Source of the DNA: a bacterium
Lineage (GTDB): Bacteria; Krumholzibacteriota; Krumholzibacteriia; LZORAL124-64-63
DNA: 24,328 nt
Direction: 5' to 3'
Assembly: GCA_031441465.1 (NCBI GenBank)
Contig: JANOEP010000021.1
Coordinates: forward strand, 1 to 24,328
Shown here: in pieces, positions 16,812 through 24,328 of the stretch
Layout: each line of letters opens with the position of its first letter
Position numbering within the stretch: the first letter of the stretch is position 1
Made by a program: the position numbers and the translations under genes
The notes under the pieces: generated by a model
What the model was told of the DNA's origin: nothing
Databases searched by the model: none
Seen by the model: only the letters and a program-made list of their open reading frames with translations

Positions 16812-16840
16812 TTGACGGCGGGACCCGCCGGCCCCATGCT
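16812..16840 (+). promoter_or_regulatory. Putative promoter for a leaderless panE-like mRNA
   Basis: TTGACG-N17-CATGCT, then 6 nt to ATG 16847. No Shine-Dalgarno. Confidence 0.55.
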
Positions 16841-16846
16841 CTCCGC

Positions 16847-17737
16847 ATGGACACGCGACCGTTCCGTCAGAACGTCGTCTTCGGCGCCGGCGCCCTCGGC
16901 AGCTGGCTCGGCGCGCGCCTCGATCCCCCCGCCGTGCTGGTGGCCCGCGGCGAGCACGCGCGCGCGATGCGCGCCGGGGGCCTGCACCTCGCCGGCATCG
17001 AGAACGACGTCGTGCCCGTGATCGTGGCCGACGAATGCCCGCCGTTGGAGCCCGAAGCCCTGTTGCTGGTGGCGGTCAAGGCGACGGACCTGGCGGCCGC
17101 GGCCCGGGCCGTGCGCGGGTGCCTGCGGGAGGACACGGTGGTCGCGGTGGTCGCCAACGGGCTCGCGCCGCAGGAGTCCCTGGGCGGGGCCCTGGGGCGG
17201 CCGGTCGTGAGGATCGTGGCGGAGTTCGGTGCGACGCTGGACGCGCCGGGCAGGGTGTCGGCCTGGGGAGGGCGCGCGCTGCTGCTGCGGGGGGTGCGCG
17301 AGGATCGGGTCGCGGCGGCTCTGGCGCCCACCGGCCTGCGCGTCGAGCGGATCGACGACCTCGCGCGGACCGCCTGGGAAAAGCTCGCCCTGAACTGCGT
17401 GGCCAACCCGCTGGCCGGCCTCACCGGTCGCCGCAACTGCGACCTGGTGGACGACGACCTGACCGACCTGCGGCAGGCCGTGGCCCGCGAGGTCATGGAA
17501 CTGGCGGCCCGCGACGGCGTGGACCTGCCGGACGAGCTGCCCGACCGCATCGACGCCCAGCTGGCGCGCTCGCGCAACCTCAACTCCATGGCGCAGGACC
17601 TGGCGCGGGGCCGCCCCACCGAGATCGAGCACCTCAACGGCTTCGTCGCGCGGCAGGCCGAGGCGCAGGGCTTCGACACGCCGCTGAACCGCTGGCTCGC
17701 CGCGCTGATCCGCCTGCGCGAAGAGAGCGCCGACTAG
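16847..17737 (+). CDS. panE: Ketopantoate reductase (PanE/ApbA) family protein
   Basis: 296 aa. VFGAGALGSWLG, LVARGEH, VAVKA, ANGL, WEKLALNCVANPL, SMAQDLARGRPTEIEHLNG. Confidence 0.85.
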   Translation: MDTRPFRQNVVFGAGALGSWLGARLDPPAVLVARGEHARAMRAGGLHLAGIENDVVPVIVADECPPLEPEALLLVAVKATDLAAAARAVRGCLREDTVVAVVANGLAPQESLGGALGRPVVRIVAEFGATLDAPGRVSAWGGRALLLRGVREDRVAAALAPTGLRVERIDDLARTAWEKLALNCVANPLAGLTGRRNCDLVDDDLTDLRQAVAREVMELAARDGVDLPDELPDRIDAQLARSRNLNSMAQDLARGRPTEIEHLNGFVARQAEAQGFDTPLNRWLAALIRLREESAD

Positions 17738-18624
17738 CGCCCCCGCCCCTGCCAGACCAGCCCGCCCACGATCAGCACCAGCCCGCCCAGCGTCGCCGGC
17801 CGTACCGATTCTCCCAGCACGAACTGGATGAAGACGAGCGACAGGAACGGCGAGAGGAAGATGAGGTTGGCGACACGCGAGGTGTTCTCCGCCAGCTTCA
17901 GCGCCGTCAGCCAGATCACGAAGGTGAAGCCCATCTCCACGGCGCCGACGTACAGCGCGCCCAGCAGGCCCGGTCCCAGGTCCTGCGGGCCCAGATCGGC
18001 GCCCAGGTCCCGCCGCGCCCAGCCGTACAGCAGCACCAGCGGCGTGCCGACGGCGAAGTTCACCAGCAGCCCCGACGCCGGTTCCAGACGCGAGCGCGCG
18101 TTGCCGAGCCAGTAGAGCGCCCACAGCAGCGTGCTGCCCAGGGCCAGGGTCACGCCGACCGGATCGATGCCCCGCCAATCCCGCAGATCGCCGCCGGTGC
18201 TGATCACCGCCACGCCGGCGTAGCACACCAGACCCGCCAGCAGGTCGCGCGCGCGCAGGCGCTGCCCGAGCAGGGGTACCGACAGCCAGGTCAGCGTCAG
18301 GGCCCAGGTGTAGTTCAGGGGCTGCGCGACCTGCGCGGGCAGGCGGTCGTAAGCCTCGAACAGGATCAGGTAGTAGAGGCAGGGATTGATCGCACCCAGC
18401 CCGGCGGCTGCCAGCAGGTCGCGGCGCGGCGCCCGCCGCAGGGCCGTCCAGCCGCGGCGCGCCGTCACCACGCCGGCCAGCACCAGCAGCGACACGGTCG
18501 CGGACCAGGCCAGCAGGGTCACCGGCGAGAGGTGCCGCAGGGAGAGCTTGAAGGCCGTCGCCACGGTCGACCACAGCAGCACCGTTGCGAGGCCCAGCAG
18601 GATGGCCCGACGCTGATCCTTCAT
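17734..18624 (-). CDS. DMT/EamA-family transporter
   Basis: 296 aa, about 10 TM segments. LWSTVATAFKLSL, NPCLYYLILFEAYDRLPAQVAQPLNYTW, NLIFLSPFLSL. Its stop overlaps the panE stop (CTAG, 17734-17737). Confidence 0.9.
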   Translation of the reverse strand: MKDQRRAILLGLATVLLWSTVATAFKLSLRHLSPVTLLAWSATVSLLVLAGVVTARRGWTALRRAPRRDLLAAAGLGAINPCLYYLILFEAYDRLPAQVAQPLNYTWALTLTWLSVPLLGQRLRARDLLAGLVCYAGVAVISTGGDLRDWRGIDPVGVTLALGSTLLWALYWLGNARSRLEPASGLLVNFAVGTPLVLLYGWARRDLGADLGPQDLGPGLLGALYVGAVEMGFTFVIWLTALKLAENTSRVANLIFLSPFLSLVFIQFVLGESVRPATLGGLVLIVGGLVWQGRGR

Positions 18625-18631
18625 GGCGGGC

Positions 18632-18660
18632 AGCATGCGGGTTGGGGGCGGGAAGCGCAA
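18632..18660 (-). promoter_or_regulatory. Putative promoter for a leaderless EamA mRNA
   Basis: TTGCGC-N17-CATGCT, then 7 nt to ATG 18624. No Shine-Dalgarno. Confidence 0.5.
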
Positions 18661-18666
18661 CAAGGA

Positions 18667-18696
18667 CGCGGCCCCCCTCCCGCGAGGGGGGCCGCG
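18667..18696 (-). terminator. Putative intrinsic terminator of the 18723-19766 gene
   Basis: Perfect 13-bp stem CGCGGCCCCCCTC / GAGGGGGGCCGCG with 4-nt loop, followed on the minus strand by TCCTTGTTG. Confidence 0.65.
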
Positions 18697-18722
18697 CCGT
18701 GACCGCGGAGGCGGTGTGCCGG

Positions 18723-19766
18723 CTACCGGTACATCGACTTCACGTCGCTCCAGCTGGCGTTCTCGTTGCCCACCGGCGCGTCGATGGTGACGGTCGTCGC
18801 GCTGCAGGCATCGGTGCCGTAGCCGTCGACGATCATGTAGTACCAGGCCGCGGCGGCGGCCACGTAGGTGATGGTCTCGTAGCCCTCGGACACCGTCTCG
18901 TCGGCGCCGGCGACGCAGGTGCCGGCCGCGTCGGCGCAGTCGGTCACCAGCCACAGGGCGGCGTCGTGGGTGCCCTGCATCGAGGCGCTGAAGGTCTCGT
19001 CCTGGTTCAGGTGGATCTTGTAGACGAGGTCCTTGCCGTCCGAGGAGTAGCCGGTGCAGCCGCCGCTCGGGGCGCTGTAGTCGTCGGCGGCCAGGCACAG
19101 GTCCACGTCGAACACGGTGAGGCCCTGCGCCTGCAGGTCGATCGCGTTCTCGCAGAGGTCGTTGGCCGGCGGCGGCGGCGGCGGCGGCGCGCCCTCGTCC
19201 AGGGACACCGCGTCGAAATAGTGGTCGGCGCCGTCGTTGCCCGCGTAGATGAAGGCGATCGTCACGGTCTGGCCGTCGTAGGCGGACAGGTCGACGTCGA
19301 CCAGGTCCCAGATCCAGTTGCCGGCGGTGAACTCGTTCAGGAAGTTGTAGACCTCGTTGCCGTTCACTTCGACGGTGAAGTTGGCGTTGGTCGCCCAGTA
19401 CATGCTGCCTTCGGTGGCGAAGATCAGGTGGTCCTCGTTGGCGGCCGAGTCGATCAGGTGCGTGAACGAGAGGACTTCGTACTGCGGGACGCCGATGTCC
19501 GCCTGCCAGGGAACGTAGGCCGCGGCCGCGCCCTCGTACGGCGTCGCGAAATCCTGGACCCAGGTGTACGCGGGGTTGGTGATGGTCTGGGTCCAGCCCA
19601 CGGGCGGGAAGGCGCCCTCGAAGCCTTCGAGGTAGGCGCGCACGGCCTCGGTGCGGAACACGGAGCGGCCGTCGTTGGTGCGCGGCGGGACCTTGTCCGC
19701 GGCGAAGGCGGCGACGGTCAGGGAGAGGATGGCCAGGATGACCAGCGGTAACAGACTGCGACGCAT
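18723..19766 (-). CDS. Secreted adhesin-like protein: cleaved-adhesin/choice-of-anchor-J-like beta-sandwich, Pro7 linker, Cys-containing PPC-like domain, short C-terminal SWxxVKxxYR tail
   Basis: 347 aa from ATG 19766. Signal peptide; EGFEGAFPPVGW...VDLSAYDGQTVTIAF; PANDLCENAIDL...WYYMIVDGY; ends APVGNENASWSDVKSMYR. Confidence 0.72.
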   Translation of the reverse strand: MRRSLLPLVILAILSLTVAAFAADKVPPRTNDGRSVFRTEAVRAYLEGFEGAFPPVGWTQTITNPAYTWVQDFATPYEGAAAAYVPWQADIGVPQYEVLSFTHLIDSAANEDHLIFATEGSMYWATNANFTVEVNGNEVYNFLNEFTAGNWIWDLVDVDLSAYDGQTVTIAFIYAGNDGADHYFDAVSLDEGAPPPPPPPANDLCENAIDLQAQGLTVFDVDLCLAADDYSAPSGGCTGYSSDGKDLVYKIHLNQDETFSASMQGTHDAALWLVTDCADAAGTCVAGADETVSEGYETITYVAAAAAWYYMIVDGYGTDACSATTVTIDAPVGNENASWSDVKSMYR

Positions 19767-19939
19767 GACGACCCCCCAAGAGTTGAATGGTGCTGCTGAG
19801 GCTCGACGCGCCCGGGTGGCCCCGGCCGAGCGTCCGCCGTTCACGATGTGCCGCGATGGGCACGGCGTCCCGGGCGACAGGATCTCATGTTCATCCGTGG
19901 GGTGCGAACTCGACCATCCATGTTGGGATCCTCGCTATG

Positions 19940-19968
19940 ATTTTGAAGGATAATCCTATTTCCGTCAA
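19940..19968 (-). promoter_or_regulatory. Putative sigma70 promoter of the adhesin-like gene
   Basis: TTGACG-N17-CAAAAT in an AT-rich patch. The spacer contains the palindrome AGGAT-N-ATCCT. Confidence 0.55.
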
Positions 19969-20000
19969 GCAGTTTTGATGTTATGTGCCCAAATAGAACA

Positions 20001-20948
20001 CTAAATGCCGAGTTGCTCCAGCACCCGCCCCGCGAGCGGCGCGTCGTTGTAGACGAAGAAGTGCACGCCCGGCGCACCGCCCGCGAGCAGGCCGCGCGCC
20101 TGGGCCAGGGCGTGCGCGACGCCGGCCTCGGCGGCTTCCTGCGCGTCGCGCGCGTGCAGCACGGCGTCGACCAGCGCGTCGGGCAGATCGACGTGGAAGT
20201 GGCGGGGGATGTTCGTGAGCAGGCCCTTGCGGCCGACCACCTTCAGCCCCGGGATGATCGGCACGGCGATGCCGGCCCCGCGGCAACGCGCCGTGAAGTC
20301 GAAGTAGGCGGCGTTGTCGAAGAACATCTGGGTGATGACGTAGCTCGCCCCGGCATCGACCTTGGCCTTGAGGTGCTGCAGGTCGTAGGCCGCGCTGGGC
20401 GCTTCGAAGTGCTTCTCGGGGTAGCCGGCCACCCCGACGCAGAAATCCGTGGGCGTCGCACCGGTCATGCGGTGCAGGTAGCGGCCTTCGTTCATTTCCA
20501 GAGTCTGCCGCACGATGTCGATCGCGTACTGGTTGCGGGCGCCGGGGCGCACGGCCCGCCAGTCCGTCTGGTCGCCGCGGACGGCCAGCACGTTGCGGAT
20601 GCCCAGGAACGACAGCTCGATCAGGGCGTCCTCGGTCTCCTCGCGGGTGAAGCCGTGGCAGAGCAGGTGCGGGACCGTTTCGATGTCGTGGCGCCACTTG
20701 AGGGCCGCGCACAGGCCCAGCGTGCCGGGCCGCTTGCGGGTGATGTGGCGGTTGAACGTGCCGTCGCCGCCCTCCTCGAACCAGCTGTCGGCGGCGTGGT
20801 TGGTCACGTCGATGAACAGGGGCCGGTAGGGCTTCAGCACCTCGACGGCCTGATGCACGTCCTCGATGCCGGCGCCGCGCTCCGGCGGCGTCAGTTCGAA
20901 GCTGAAGAAAGGCTCGCGGCGGGCGGAGAGCGCTTCGGCTATGTTCAT
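20001..20948 (-). CDS. metF: 5,10-methylenetetrahydrofolate reductase (Bacteroidota-like type)
   Basis: 315 aa. FSFELTPP, FIDVT, RKRPGT, VPHLLC, NVLAVRGD, VAGYPEKH, KVDAGASYVITQMFFDN, PIIPGLK, GVHFF. Confidence 0.95.
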   Translation of the reverse strand: MNIAEALSARREPFFSFELTPPERGAGIEDVHQAVEVLKPYRPLFIDVTNHAADSWFEEGGDGTFNRHITRKRPGTLGLCAALKWRHDIETVPHLLCHGFTREETEDALIELSFLGIRNVLAVRGDQTDWRAVRPGARNQYAIDIVRQTLEMNEGRYLHRMTGATPTDFCVGVAGYPEKHFEAPSAAYDLQHLKAKVDAGASYVITQMFFDNAAYFDFTARCRGAGIAVPIIPGLKVVGRKGLLTNIPRHFHVDLPDALVDAVLHARDAQEAAEAGVAHALAQARGLLAGGAPGVHFFVYNDAPLAGRVLEQLGI

Positions 20949-21090
20949 GTGCCCCGATCCTGGTTAACATGTGCGGTCGATCGGGGTGATGATAACAGAG
21001 CACGATCAAGACCGCATCCCGGGACCAGCCGCCGGGGCGGCGACGGGGTCGGGCGCGAACGGGGAGCGGGCACCAGTGGGAGTCGGGCCG

Positions 21091-24328
<3,238 letters not shown>

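Noticed and set aside
17040..17330. G-rich patch inside panE
   Set aside because: Mild, partly explained by Gly/Val/Ala/Arg content, and with no clear boundaries or associated element.
13469..17737. 1422-aa ORF
   Set aside because: R/P/G-rich off-frame shadow of the S8 gene that happens to run into panE. The real start is 16847.
17734..19863. 709-aa ORF
   Set aside because: Off-frame shadow of the adhesin-like gene that crosses a terminator into EamA. The real start is 18624.

Overview
High-GC bacterial chromosomal segment of about 20 intact genes. Probable lineage is the FCB superphylum, Krumholzibacteriota/Latescibacterota-like; this is inferred from FlgD-Ig/T9SS-like C-terminal domains, a 'SWxxVKxxYR' tail and a Bacteroidota-type MetF. 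From left to right: the right end of a probable IS21-family element and an AT-rich att-like stretch abutting the compositionally odd 3' end of an SpmAB/Gate-domain membrane gene; an operon of DUF2797, two tandem Smr proteins and a pteridine-reductase-like SDR; a diverged 2.4-kb tandem duplication, promoter included, of a translationally coupled pair (small Ig + FlgD-CTD protein, then a secreted Ig + TIM-barrel glycoside-hydrolase-like protein with no CTD); a 135-bp three-way-junction element; S9 peptidase; YihY-OsmC-ppa; a CTD-bearing S8 protease; panE-like; EamA; an adhesin-like secreted protein; divergent metF and metH (metH runs off the window). The best candidate for an undescribed system is the duplicated pair, whose sequence suggests beta-strand (donor-strand) complementation between a CTD-bearing anchor and a CTD-less cargo. 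Other leads: a hammerhead-like/GGA-loop RNA structure, a possible switch in the metF leader, a possible island att site in the SpmAB gene, C(-12) promoters with leaderless genes, and a codon-usage break inside metH. All family assignments come from motif recognition by eye, with no database searches.
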